Source: an uncultured virus (IMG/VR IMGVR_UViG_3300044986_000857)
Lineage: Duplodnaviria > Heunggongvirae > Uroviricota > Caudoviricetes
Reading direction: 5' to 3' (one strand)
Virus record (IMG/VR): IMGVR_UViG_3300044986_000857
Length of the DNA: 64,000 bases
The notes beneath the pieces are model-generated. The model made no database searches. It was not told where the DNA came from and saw only the letters and a program-made list of their open reading frames with translations. Each line of letters starts with the position of its first letter. The stretch's first letter is position 1. Below are positions 1 to 9,072 of this stretch, piece by piece. A program made the position numbers and the translations under genes.

Positions 1-1
1 G

Positions 2-715
2 CGCGCTGCCGTACGCCCACGAAAGGATGCGCGCGTCGAGGCACCCGGCGTTGTTGCCGACGAGCGCCAGCACGAACGACAGCTTCGCGATCGACAAGCC
101 AAGCGGCAGCGACGTGTTCAAGCACAGGTCGCGGCGAAGCTCGTCGTCACGCATGCCCTCCTGCATCCTCGCCACGATCTGCGGCACGTAGTCGTAGAAC
201 GACAGGAACCAATCGGGCCGGCTGTTCTGCAACCCCACGCTGGCCTTCTCGCAGAGCACCCGCAGCTTCGCCCGGTTCGGCAGCACGCCGTCGACGAGGT
301 AGGGCACAAGCAGGGCTTGCAGGCGCAGCGTCGCGTCGATGCCCGTCTGCACCGACGCGAGCGCGAACACGCCCGCCGACAAGACGACCTGTTCCGTCGG
401 CGCTGTCTCGCGCCAGTACCGCGCCGCCCGCTGCGCGTGCGCGCTGTATCCGCTCACAAACTCGTTCTGCACGGGCTTGCGGGCGGTGAGCGGAACGAGC
501 GTCGGGTTCGCGGCGATGCGGCTCGGCAGGCGGGCTTGCGCGCGGACAAGCTCGGGCGCGAAGTACGCGCCGCCTTGGTGCATGACGCAGACGACGTCAT
601 CGTCGGCGACGTCGATGACGTCGAGCGTCAGCAGATCGAACACGCGGCCGGTGCCCGGCTCGATGACGCCCGTGGCGACGCGACCTTCGTGGTCGATGCG
701 ATGCAGACAGAACAC
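2..715 (-). CDS. HhH-GPD DNA glycosylase-like protein (3' end outside the window)
   Basis: Hand-translated open frame from GTG at 715, not in the ORF track. LPLGLSIAKLSFVLALVGNNAGCLDARIL resembles the helix-hairpin-helix plus catalytic Asp of Ogg-type glycosylases. Confidence 0.5.
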   Translation of the reverse strand, partial: MFCLHRIDHEGRVATGVIEPGTGRVFDLLTLDVIDVADDDVVCVMHQGGAYFAPELVRAQARLPSRIAANPTLVPLTARKPVQNEFVSGYSAHAQRAARYWRETAPTEQVVLSAGVFALASVQTGIDATLRLQALLVPYLVDGVLPNRAKLRVLCEKASVGLQNSRPDWFLSFYDYVPQIVARMQEGMRDDELRRDLCLNTSLPLGLSIAKLSFVLALVGNNAGCLDARILSWAYGSA

Positions 716-727
716 GGTGTGACCCTT

Positions 728-1876
728 TCAGCGCTTCTTCGGCTTCCGCCACCACGGCACGAACTCGTCGGGGTCCGGCGGGGGTGGCGGCGCGGCGGCT
801 GCCTCGGCGCGCAACGTCGCAAGCTCGTCTTCCAGCCGGGCAGCCTCGGCTTCGTGCGCGCGGGCTTCGGCGAGCGCTTCCAGATCGTACCGGGCGCGAA
901 CGCGGGCGTGCTCGGCGGCCATTTCATGCGCGGCGATCTTGACCCGGTACTGCATCCAAATCTCTGACGAATACGGGTTTTCCCGCACACCCTCCGCACC
1001 GTCACCTGCGGCCCGATACGCGCTCGGCGGCGACGGAACGCCAACCGACTCGCGCTCGGTCAGGGCTTCGCGCAAGTCCTCACGAAAATCCTTCACAAAG
1101 AAGTGGTCTTCGTCCTTGTCGGCGAGCGCTTCAGTCAGCTGCATGACGCGCGGCAGGCTTGTGATGTCCTTGCCGAGCGCCGACGCGGCGAGGTTCGTCA
1201 GCAGCGCACCAAGCGAGGAATCCATTGTGCTGTAGGTGCTCTTCTTGCCCTGTCGCACGGTCGGCGGCTGCCAGATGCCGACGTCGCCGATGAACAGGCT
1301 GCCGTCAGGGCGACGCAGCGCCAAAAGGTCGTCCTGCACGCGCCAGCCCGTCTCCTGCTCCAACGCGAGCAGGCGCGTTTCGAGCGCGTAGAACTCGTCG
1401 GGCGTCAGGGTGTCGGCGAGGTCGCCGTATTCGCGCACCAACGCGGGCGTGCCGTCGGACAACTCGACGTAGATGGTCCGCGGCACGACGTCGTAGCCCA
1501 TTTCGGCAAGCTCGTTGGCGACGCCGGCTTCGTGCATCATGTTGCGCTGTTGGTCGGCCCGGGTCCAGCGCTGCTTGTTGCCGTAGAGCGCTTGCGCCGC
1601 CGCGACCTTGACCGTGATCGGACCCTTCGCGGTCTGCGTCAGGAACGTCTGGCCGAAGTTTCCGCGACCCAAGGGCGCGCCGTGCTCGCGCGCGTGCTCG
1701 GCGACGACGGCGGCCTCGCGCACTTTGGGCAAGTCGAAGTGCCCCTCGGTCAACGTCGGCGGGTAGTCCAGCCACTCGCTCTTGACGGTGTAGTACGGCT
1801 CGCCGCCGCGCGTCTCACGCACTTCGCGGCTGCGGTACTCCGACCGGCCGGCGCGAGCGGGGTTCTTGCGCTTCAT
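728..1876 (-). CDS. Protein kinase-like protein
   Basis: Gly loop LGRGNFG, ITVK lysine, HE (alphaC), LVREY, VQDD catalytic loop and DVG (DFG-like). GGAG precedes ATG 1876. Confidence 0.7.
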   Translation of the reverse strand: MKRKNPARAGRSEYRSREVRETRGGEPYYTVKSEWLDYPPTLTEGHFDLPKVREAAVVAEHAREHGAPLGRGNFGQTFLTQTAKGPITVKVAAAQALYGNKQRWTRADQQRNMMHEAGVANELAEMGYDVVPRTIYVELSDGTPALVREYGDLADTLTPDEFYALETRLLALEQETGWRVQDDLLALRRPDGSLFIGDVGIWQPPTVRQGKKSTYSTMDSSLGALLTNLAASALGKDITSLPRVMQLTEALADKDEDHFFVKDFREDLREALTERESVGVPSPPSAYRAAGDGAEGVRENPYSSEIWMQYRVKIAAHEMAAEHARVRARYDLEALAEARAHEAEAARLEDELATLRAEAAAAPPPPPDPDEFVPWWRKPKKR

Positions 1877-1890
1877 ATCACGCTCCAAAC

Positions 1891-2928
1891 TCAAAACGGC
1901 AGAATCTCGTCCTCGTCGGGCCAGCTGGGCAAGTCGGCATCCTCGCCCGGCTGTCGTCCCGCCGGCAGGGCGGGGCGGTCGCGGTCGTAGGTGACGGCTT
2001 CCAAGAGCAAGTCTTCCTCGCCCATGTTTGGATCGTACGCCACGCCGTATCGCGTGTAGTCGGGATACGTCGGGCGCAAGCCTTCTTCCTGTCCGCGAAG
2101 TTCGATCTCTTCCTGTGTGTGTCGTGCAGTCACGAACGAGGGCATCTGAACGTCTTGTAAGCCCGGCACCGTGCGGAGCATATCGAGCAGCGGGGCCACC
2201 TGCCGCCACGTCTTCGCCTTCGACGTGGCGAGTGCGTGGTTGAACGCTTCCCGCAGACAGCAGAACTTCGTCTTGCGGTCGCCGCTCGCCATGAACGCAT
2301 CGAGCATCCCGTCAGTCCGCGGCAGCGGCGGGGGCTTCTTCGCCTCGCCCCGCTGCCATGCGAGGTACTGCCAATCGCGCTTGCTAAGGTCGTAGTCTTC
2401 GATGCGGTTGTCGTCGAGGATGATGTCGAGCACCTTCCAACGCTCGCGAGGCAGCGCGTCAGCGAGGCGATGCGCTTTTTTCAGCTTCTCGACGTCCGTG
2501 CGCGAGCGCTTCGCCGCGGCGGCGGCCTCTTTCGCTGCGGCCTTGGCGGCGGCCTCGGCCTCTTGCTTCGACGGGCGGCGCGGCGGCGTTCCCGGGGGCA
2601 TGAAGACGTCCTGCACCAGCTTGTGCAAGGCGTCAGTGCGAACGAGCATCCGGTGCCCGGTTTCGTCGTGACGCAAGTCGGCGACGGTGACTTCGCCCAT
2701 GCGCTGCACGCGCAGCACCTCGTAGTGCCCGGCCTGCGCGCCGTGTGGCACGCGCACTTTCTCGCCGGGCGCGGGCTTGACCGGCAGCTGGGCGGCGATG
2801 CGGGGGTCGTAGACGTAGCGGTACTTCTTCTTGTGCCCGGGCCACGGGATGCGGCGCAGGTACTTGTGCTCCGCGCCGTTCTCGATCAACTCGTCGGGGT
2901 CGTCGTCGAAATCGTCGTACGCGGTCAT
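1891..2928 (-). CDS. Hypothetical phage protein with HKYLRR...KYRYVY motif
   Basis: ATG 2928 overlaps the upstream stop (ATGA); natural-looking composition from this start. Confidence 0.7.
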   Translation of the reverse strand: MTAYDDFDDDPDELIENGAEHKYLRRIPWPGHKKKYRYVYDPRIAAQLPVKPAPGEKVRVPHGAQAGHYEVLRVQRMGEVTVADLRHDETGHRMLVRTDALHKLVQDVFMPPGTPPRRPSKQEAEAAAKAAAKEAAAAAKRSRTDVEKLKKAHRLADALPRERWKVLDIILDDNRIEDYDLSKRDWQYLAWQRGEAKKPPPLPRTDGMLDAFMASGDRKTKFCCLREAFNHALATSKAKTWRQVAPLLDMLRTVPGLQDVQMPSFVTARHTQEEIELRGQEEGLRPTYPDYTRYGVAYDPNMGEEDLLLEAVTYDRDRPALPAGRQPGEDADLPSWPDEDEILPF

Positions 2929-4571
2929 TCTTCGCCCTCGTCGTCGTCGTCGTAAAGGTCGTCGTCGTACGTCCACATACCGCCCATCGGCTGCGCGTAG
3001 GCGGCGCGGGCGAGCGCGGCCACTTCGGGGTCGGTGTACGCGAGCGGATCGGGGTTTTCGCGCATCGCGCCCTGCATCTGGTCCAACGCGGGCGGCATCT
3101 GCCGCATCTGCCGCAGCTGCCGTCGCAGCGCGTCTGCTTGGTCCAGCAACTCCCGCCGACGCCGTTCGTCCGGCTCGTTCGCCGCGCTGTCCCACAGTTC
3201 GTTGACCTCGGCGAAGACGCGCTCCTTTGCAGCGCTGGCAGCTTCCCACGTCTGCCCCTTCACGGGCGGTGCGAACGGGTCGATGCCGATGCGCTGCATG
3301 GCAAGCAGACCGGGTCGCAGATCGCCGATCTCTTCGATGGCTTGCGCGTGCGCTTCCCCGCCAAGCTGTGCGGTCAACGCGCGAAGGCGCGAAATCTTCC
3401 GCAGCAACGGGTCGTATGCGTCTGCTCTTGTCGGCATGTTCAAGTGGTTCACCAGAAACTCGACGACGGCGCGCACGTCGTCGACGCCCGCCTCGCCCTT
3501 GAACACGGCCTCGTCGGGATCGAAGCCCGGGATGCGGTTGGCCTTGCCCTTGACTTGCTTTACCCGCTGCTCGGGCAGACGCACCTCGATCGTGAACTTC
3601 GGCTTTCCGGCGGGCGTGCGGATTCCGTAAATGTCCATTTTTCCTTCTTCGACGCGCTCCCTGTAGTGCTCGCCGCCCACACAAATGCCAAGGCCGACCG
3701 GCGGCGACATTCCTTCCAGCGTCAGCTGCGCGGGGCGCAGCTTCGCGACGTAGAAGCCCCGCGCCGACGCGCCGCCGATGCTGTTGTTGGTGCCGTCGTA
3801 GCGATAGACGACGTCATCGGGCGCGAAGTCCATGCCTCGCAGCACAGTCATCACTTCGCCGATGTTCACGCGCAGAACGAGCGCGTCTTCCGTCCGCGTT
3901 GCGTGCGCGCTGGCGAACTCGTCGCGTCCGCGAATGACGCCTTTCTTCCAGCGCCAAATAGAAGCGTCCGGGTCGCGCAGCGCCATCCACTCTTTGTTCG
4001 TCATCTTCACTTTACGCAAAAACTCGACGCCCTCCCCCGTCAAGATTTCCACGGCGACGCGCACATCGCTGTCCGTGACGTACGGCCAAACGCTCTTCAA
4101 GAACGCTTTGCGGGCAATCTGATGCTTTCGACGTCCTCGTCCTCTGTGATAGCTGCGCTCGCCCAACGGCACAATCGTTTTCGTGTCGCTGACCACCACG
4201 CCGGGGTCTTGCCCCGACAGACTTCCCCCCATCAACAGCTCTTCCGCTCCGACTTCGTCAAGGTAGTAGAGATCGTCGATTCCAACCTTGTCAAAATACT
4301 CTGGTCCTGACAGCATCGTCGACACTACTTCAAGCGCCCTCTTCGACAAGCCTACCGGCTTGAACAGCTCAAGCGCAGCTGAAATCAAGCCTTTCAGCTG
4401 CTTGTTTTCTTGCGCCTTGCGAAACACTCTTTCTACTTCTTTTCTTTCCAGCCGATCCCTGACGTGCTGCACGACCGCCATGATGCGCTTGCTCTCGGCC
4501 TCGGCGTGCGCCACGGACGGGTTCTCGTAGGGGTAGTCGTAGTCGGCGTCGGGGTTGTAGCGGTAGCGCAT
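2925..4571 (-). CDS. PcfJ-like domain protein
   Basis: LEG...ICVGG..Y...V..G...IYGIR...GKPKFTIEV...VKQVKGKANR matches the PcfJ-like pattern. Confidence 0.7.
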   Translation of the reverse strand: MRYRYNPDADYDYPYENPSVAHAEAESKRIMAVVQHVRDRLERKEVERVFRKAQENKQLKGLISAALELFKPVGLSKRALEVVSTMLSGPEYFDKVGIDDLYYLDEVGAEELLMGGSLSGQDPGVVVSDTKTIVPLGERSYHRGRGRRKHQIARKAFLKSVWPYVTDSDVRVAVEILTGEGVEFLRKVKMTNKEWMALRDPDASIWRWKKGVIRGRDEFASAHATRTEDALVLRVNIGEVMTVLRGMDFAPDDVVYRYDGTNNSIGGASARGFYVAKLRPAQLTLEGMSPPVGLGICVGGEHYRERVEEGKMDIYGIRTPAGKPKFTIEVRLPEQRVKQVKGKANRIPGFDPDEAVFKGEAGVDDVRAVVEFLVNHLNMPTRADAYDPLLRKISRLRALTAQLGGEAHAQAIEEIGDLRPGLLAMQRIGIDPFAPPVKGQTWEAASAAKERVFAEVNELWDSAANEPDERRRRELLDQADALRRQLRQMRQMPPALDQMQGAMRENPDPLAYTDPEVAALARAAYAQPMGGMWTYDDDLYDDDDEGEE

Positions 4572-4579
4572 GGGTCCAC

Positions 4580-4605
4580 ACTGTCGCAAACCGCCATGCT
4601 ACGGT
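4580..4605. promoter_or_regulatory. Overlapping divergent late-type promoters
   Basis: Plus strand: GTCGC-N12-TACGGT, 6 nt before ATG 4612. Minus strand: GTAGC-N12-GACAGT, 8 nt before ATG 4571. Confidence 0.55.
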
Positions 4606-4611
4606 AGAGGA

Positions 4612-4881
4612 ATGAAGCGCGCGTGGCTCTGGATCGTGGCGGCGGCGACGGCGGTGGCAGCGGCGGTAGCTGGCATCGTCCTGCTTGTTCTGACCGGGCA
4701 GCGAAAGACACCCGTGTTGCCCCCGCCCGAGCGGCCCGACACGCCGCCCGTCGACAAGCCCCTCGTCACGCTGCGCCCCATCGACGACTACGAGACGACC
4801 AAGGCGGTGCCTGTCGCGGCACCGGATGCCGTGATCACGCGCATCAACGCCCGGCACAGCGACAACGGAGACAAGCCATGA
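4612..4881 (+). CDS. Small protein with N-terminal transmembrane helix
   Basis: MKRAWLWIVAAATAVAAAVAGIVLLVL; ATGA-coupled to the next gene. Confidence 0.7.
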   Translation: MKRAWLWIVAAATAVAAAVAGIVLLVLTGQRKTPVLPPPERPDTPPVDKPLVTLRPIDDYETTKAVPVAAPDAVITRINARHSDNGDKP

Positions 4882-5090
4882 GTTACCACTTGCAGGGGTT
4901 CGCGCAGCTGCCCGCCAAGACACCCGACCTCGAAACCCCGGTCAGCGCCACCATCGGCATCCCCGGGTTCAACATCGACGTTCCGATCGTATCGAAGGAA
5001 CGTCTGTACCTCGCCATCGGGTTCAGCGTGTTCGTCGGCGCAATCGGCGGCACCGTGCTCGCATCGTATCTCAAGCGAGCGCAGTCGTGA
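4878..5090 (+). CDS. Small C-terminally anchored membrane protein
   Basis: Starts MSYHLQGFAQ; C-terminal hydrophobic helix followed by KR. Confidence 0.7.
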   Translation: MSYHLQGFAQLPAKTPDLETPVSATIGIPGFNIDVPIVSKERLYLAIGFSVFVGAIGGTVLASYLKRAQS

Positions 5091-5524
5091 GACTCGCCCT
5101 CGCGCTCGCCTCGCTCGTCGCCCTCCCAGCGCAGGCTCCAAACCCGCCAGCCTTGGCCGTAGGCGCGGACTGCGGCACGCGGGCAGGCTCGTACACGCTC
5201 GTCCGAAACGACGTGCTGGCGAAGATGGACGCCGCCGAAGAGAACCTTGCGAAAGCGGAAGCCGCGCTCAAAAAGGCCCAAGCGGACCTGCAAGCGCTCG
5301 ACGCCGCGTTCGACAAGCTGCAAGGGCAGAAGACGCAGCTGGTCGAGCACGTCGACCTGTTGGAACGGGTGCTGAAAGAGCAGCGCGAGGCGTGTACGGC
5401 GGGCCAGAACGCCAGCGACATCGCCGCGGAAGCGTGGGAATGGGCTGACGCCCCGCTCGCCTTCACGGCGGGCGCGGGCATGTGCATCGGCGTTGCGTGG
5501 GGTCTGACGCAGGTACAGCGCTAG
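5087..5524 (+). CDS. Coiled-coil protein with signal-like N-terminus and C-terminal hydrophobic helix (possibly spanin-like)
   Basis: Hydrophobic N-terminus, heptad-rich centre and C-terminal TM, near the endolysin. The spanin role is inference. Confidence 0.6.
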   Translation: MRLALALASLVALPAQAPNPPALAVGADCGTRAGSYTLVRNDVLAKMDAAEENLAKAEAALKKAQADLQALDAAFDKLQGQKTQLVEHVDLLERVLKEQREACTAGQNASDIAAEAWEWADAPLAFTAGAGMCIGVAWGLTQVQR

Positions 5525-5528
5525 CCGG

Positions 5529-5822
5529 TCAGTCGTTTTTTCTCAGGAAGAAGTAGAGCACCGCGAGTCCAGCCACGGCTCCGATCAGCCAGCCCGTGTT
5601 GCTCTTGTTGCCGGCACTTCCAGCGTCTTCAACCGTTTCAAAGCGAATGGTGAGCTTTTCTCCATCCTTCGCTGCGGCGACACGCAGCATGTCTGCGCGG
5701 GCGACCTTGACAAGCGTGTCGCCTTCCTTGAACTGGATAGGGTCAGCCGCGGACTTCAACAGATTGCGCGCCTGCTCTCTTCGGCTTTCGCGTACTACGA
5801 CGTTTTGCGTGATCACCGCCAT
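5529..5822 (-). CDS. Small C-terminally anchored membrane protein
   Basis: GGAGG RBS; ends WLIGAVAGLAVLYFFLRKND. Confidence 0.75.
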   Translation of the reverse strand: MAVITQNVVVRESRREQARNLLKSAADPIQFKEGDTLVKVARADMLRVAAAKDGEKLTIRFETVEDAGSAGNKSNTGWLIGAVAGLAVLYFFLRKND

Positions 5823-5863
5823 GCAAACCTCCGCGTCGGGTTTTACCGCACCCGGGCGCTACG

Positions 5864-6670
5864 TCAGCCGTCGGCCTTCTTCGCCTTCTTCGGCTTCTTT
5901 TCCGAGGGAGCCTTCTTCAACGCCTTCTCCAACTCGGCGATGCGCTGCTCGACCTCTTCGGCGTCGAACGGCAACTCGGGAAGCTCCGGGGCCGGCTTCT
6001 TCTCGGCGTCGGCGAGGCGCGCTTCCAGCGATGCGATCTTGGCTTCCAGCGCGACCTTGTCGGCGGCGCGCGCCGCTTCGCACGCCTTGTGGTCGCCCTT
6101 GTCGTCCTGCAACTCGATCTTCTTCTCCTTGATCTCCAACTCCTTCATGCGCTGTTCGTGCTTCTGCTTCGCGAAGCTCTGGTAGAACTTCCACGCAGCG
6201 CCGCCGCCGCCGACGGCGATCAGCGTGAGCAGCACCGTGACGCCCGTGCCCCCGCTGCCGTCTCGCGGCAAGAGCGCTTGAATCTCGGCCACGGCCGTTG
6301 TCGCAGCCGGCGCTTCGGTCACATGCGCGAGCGGGGCCGCGGGCGGTCCCTGCAACGGCGCGGGCAGGGGCGCGGCCTTGCTCTCGCGCTCGACGGCAGC
6401 GTCGGCGGCGTCGGTGGCGTCGGTGGCGTCGGCGCTGTCTTGCGCGGGGGATGCTGGTTCGGTCATGGCTGGTTCCTTCTTTGTGTGCGCTGGGCGCGTG
6501 TTGAAAGCGGTGTTGGGGTCGTAGATGGTGAAGCACTCGCCCACGGGGATGCGACAGCCGCTCGCCGCAGTAAGCGCGCCCACCGGCAAGCATCCCTGTC
6601 CGTCTCGCGGAATGTCGTCGGCGAACTCGCACTCGGGCAGAAGCGGCCCGGCGTCGACGGGGTCGGTCAC
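5864..6670 (-). CDS. Membrane protein with coiled coil (holin candidate); alternative start at 6466
   Basis: GTG overlaps the endolysin stop; one TM (VTVLLTLIAVGGGGAAW) followed by a charged coiled coil. Confidence 0.6.
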   Translation of the reverse strand: MTDPVDAGPLLPECEFADDIPRDGQGCLPVGALTAASGCRIPVGECFTIYDPNTAFNTRPAHTKKEPAMTEPASPAQDSADATDATDAADAAVERESKAAPLPAPLQGPPAAPLAHVTEAPAATTAVAEIQALLPRDGSGGTGVTVLLTLIAVGGGGAAWKFYQSFAKQKHEQRMKELEIKEKKIELQDDKGDHKACEAARAADKVALEAKIASLEARLADAEKKPAPELPELPFDAEEVEQRIAELEKALKKAPSEKKPKKAKKADG

Positions 6671-7128
6671 TTGGGCATCCCGGGCGTGTAGACGGTCTTG
6701 CCGCCTTCGCGCGACGCGGTGAGGATCTGGCCGCGCTGCTTGCCGACCCGCTTGTGCGAGACGTGAATCCAGCCACCGTTCGGGTCGCCGGGCACAAGGA
6801 ACTCGCATATGAGCTGGTCAAAAGGGAGCTTCATCGCCACGATCTTCTTCGCGAGCGCGAGGTTGTCGAAGCCGTCGAACTCGATGTCCGCGGCTTCACC
6901 CGTGCTGTGCTGGCTGGTGTTGCTCCCGCCGACCGCCTTGTTCACGGCTGCGCTGCGAAAGCCGCTGTTGACGCGCATGGGCTTGCCCATCGCCACGCGC
7001 AGCGGCTCCAACACGTTCACGCAGAGCGCGCGAAGGTTCTCGACGACGTCGGGCGGCGGCGTGTTGTCGGCCTTGACCGACGTGCGGGTCATTTCAGCGA
7101 GGGTGAAGTGAGGCGACAGCTGGGTCAT
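6667..7128 (-). CDS. Peptidase M15A endolysin
   Basis: LSPHFTLAEM, SGFRS...N..VGG...SQH..GEAAD and WIHVS zinc-ligand motifs. Confidence 0.9.
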   Translation of the reverse strand: MTQLSPHFTLAEMTRTSVKADNTPPPDVVENLRALCVNVLEPLRVAMGKPMRVNSGFRSAAVNKAVGGSNTSQHSTGEAADIEFDGFDNLALAKKIVAMKLPFDQLICEFLVPGDPNGGWIHVSHKRVGKQRGQILTASREGGKTVYTPGMPK

Positions 7129-7134
7129 GCCGCG

Positions 7135-7157
7135 AGCGTATCGGGTCGATTTGCAAC
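7135..7157 (-). promoter_or_regulatory. Late-type promoter (leaderless spacing)
   Basis: GTTGC-N12-TACGCT, 6 nt before ATG 7128. Confidence 0.55.
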
Positions 7158-7181
7158 GCAGCGCAGCTACACGCTCGACGC

Positions 7182-7228
7182 AAAAAAAGAGACGCGAACC
7201 GGCAGGGGGAAACCGGATCGCGCCTCTC
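7182..7228 (-). terminator. Intrinsic terminator
   Basis: Stem GAGGCGCGA.CCGG / CCGG.TCGCGTCTC followed by a T run on the minus strand. Confidence 0.65.
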
Positions 7229-7263
7229 ACCCGCCAACGGCTACCCGCCAAGGTGCCGCCGAC
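7182..7263 (-). ncRNA. Candidate small RNA of about 80 nt
   Basis: TTGACA(7297-7292)-N16-TAAAGT(7275-7270) upstream; hairpin plus T7 downstream (7228-7182); no credible ORF; two TTGGCGGGT motifs. Confidence 0.5.
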
Positions 7264-7307
7264 ACAACCACTTTACTCGCGTCCTGCCCGTTGTCAACCC
7301 CGTCGGG

Positions 7308-8123
7308 TCATGTGTTCGTGCTCTCGGTGTGCGTGACTTCGACCCACAGGTTGCCGTCAAAGACGAAGGTGAACGTACCGCCGGGGTCAATCTTCTTCGT
7401 CGCGTTCGACATCGACAGCTTTTCGGCAACGCCCCGCTGCAAGGTGACGTGTCGACCCGTCGTGTCGACGTTCAAGATGATCTGAACCTGTCCGAGCACA
7501 GCGCCGGGGAGATTGATCTGCGGCGTCGACGTCAACGTGTGATTCACGCCGTTGGTCTGGATGCGGTGCAAGAGAGCGACGGGCGTGATCTGGTCGGTGT
7601 TGGCGCTGATCGTCTGGATCGGGCCGGTGCCGAGAACGAACGACGAGATCGGAGCCGTGATCGAGATCGGCACCGTCGTCGCCGACGTGACGTGGCCCTT
7701 CGCGTCCACCGTGACGCGGGCGCTGTTGCTCGCGTCGCCGTAGGTGCCCGCGACGACGCCGCTCGCGTCGTGACTCACGACGGGGTTGCCGCCGGGCGTG
7801 ACGTTGATCGGCGCGATGCCCGTGACGCTTGCTACGCCGCCGCCAGAGACGCCCACCGGCTTCCAGATCGAGAACGCTGCGTCCCAGATGAACCACGACT
7901 CGTCAGCCCGGCTCATGCGGACGTCGCCGTCCTCGTTGCCGGTCGCGGGGAGCGCCGCGAAGTCCGCGACCTCGGGGCGAACGTGGCACTCGTCGATCCA
8001 ATCGCCAAGAATCCACTCGTAGGGTGTCGCTGGTGTTCCAACGGGCGACCCCGTAGGAACGGGCGGGAAGCCCGGCAGATTGTTCAGCTGCTTGCGGATC
8101 TTGTCGTTCCAGTTTTGCGTCAT
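7308..8123 (-). CDS. Fibre/spike protein, QNWN anchor family copy 1
   Basis: N-terminal ~85 aa closely similar to the 55187 and 60735 genes; fibre-like motif GVVAGTYG...VTVDAKGHVTSAT. Confidence 0.75.
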   Translation of the reverse strand: MTQNWNDKIRKQLNNLPGFPPVPTGSPVGTPATPYEWILGDWIDECHVRPEVADFAALPATGNEDGDVRMSRADESWFIWDAAFSIWKPVGVSGGGVASVTGIAPINVTPGGNPVVSHDASGVVAGTYGDASNSARVTVDAKGHVTSATTVPISITAPISSFVLGTGPIQTISANTDQITPVALLHRIQTNGVNHTLTSTPQINLPGAVLGQVQIILNVDTTGRHVTLQRGVAEKLSMSNATKKIDPGGTFTFVFDGNLWVEVTHTESTNT

Positions 8124-8138
8124 CGATCCCTCCGGTTT

Positions 8139-8861
8139 TCAACAACCGCCGCAACCACAGCTGCACACGGGATTGTGTCTCAAGTCTAGGTGCGCCGGCC
8201 GCGGCCGCACGCCCGGCCCAAGCGTCTGCACGTCGTCGGCGTCGTAGCTGATACGGACCCCGAACGCGCCTTCCGCGCACTCGTCGCACTCGCGCTCGGT
8301 GTGGTCGTCGTAGCCGTGCTGAATCAGAATGACGTGCCCGAGTTCGTGCATGAGCACGGCGTCGATGCGCTCGGGCGGCTGCGCGGCGAGCTTCGGCCTC
8401 ACGTACACCGTGTCGCCGTCGGTGGCCGCGAACGCGCGGCGTGAGCGCGGGTCGCGCCCGGCGAGCGCTGCTTCCTCGTCGACGACGAGCGTGGCGTGCG
8501 TGTTGATCATGGCGCACAACTCGTCGAAGCGTTCATGCAGCGGGTCGGGGTTTCGCCGCGCACCGCCGAGCCGCTTCGCGCGTCGCACGGCGTCGGCAAA
8601 CGCCGTGTTGATGCTCGACGACTGACCCCACAGCGCGTACCACGACCAGAACCCCGGGCTGCCCGGGTCGTCGAGGTTGTCGCGTTGGTGGCGGTTCCAG
8701 TACCGCTCGCGGCGCGCGGTGTCCTTGTGCTGCGTGAAGTCCTGCATCGACGAGTCGCCGAAGTGAACGACCTTGCCGCGCCCCGACGCCGTCGGCACGC
8801 GCACCATCCACTTCTTGCCCGGGCGCGTCGAGCGCTGCCGCTTGTAGTATTCGTCCGACAC
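8139..8861 (-). CDS. Two-domain protein: DUF5754-like domain plus zincin metallopeptidase-like domain
   Basis: KKWMV...VHFG...DFTQHKD..RR..Y..RH...SPGFWS..LW, then RRNP, then HELGH...E, then HNP and a CSCGCGGC tail. Confidence 0.65.
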   Translation of the reverse strand: MSDEYYKRQRSTRPGKKWMVRVPTASGRGKVVHFGDSSMQDFTQHKDTARRERYWNRHQRDNLDDPGSPGFWSWYALWGQSSSINTAFADAVRRAKRLGGARRNPDPLHERFDELCAMINTHATLVVDEEAALAGRDPRSRRAFAATDGDTVYVRPKLAAQPPERIDAVLMHELGHVILIQHGYDDHTERECDECAEGAFGVRISYDADDVQTLGPGVRPRPAHLDLRHNPVCSCGCGGC

Positions 8862-8877
8862 GATACGCTCTCCCCGC

Positions 8878-9072
8878 ATGAAACCTTACGTGGACCCTGT
8901 CGACGTGATCGCGCGGCCCTTCGCGGCCTTCTTCACCGAACTGTTCTGCGCTTCAGCCCGTCCGAACCCTGACTCGGTCGGCACCGCGCGCCTGCCCGCC
9001 GTCGATGACGTCGTGCGCTTCGACCTCTGCGTCGAGTGCTTGCGCGCACACGACGAGTGCTCCTGCGACTAG
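8878..9072 (+). CDS. Small Cys-rich hypothetical protein
   Basis: Fills the gap between two minus-strand genes; ends CVEC...CSC. Confidence 0.35.
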   Translation: MKPYVDPVDVIARPFAAFFTELFCASARPNPDSVGTARLPAVDDVVRFDLCVECLRAHDECSCD

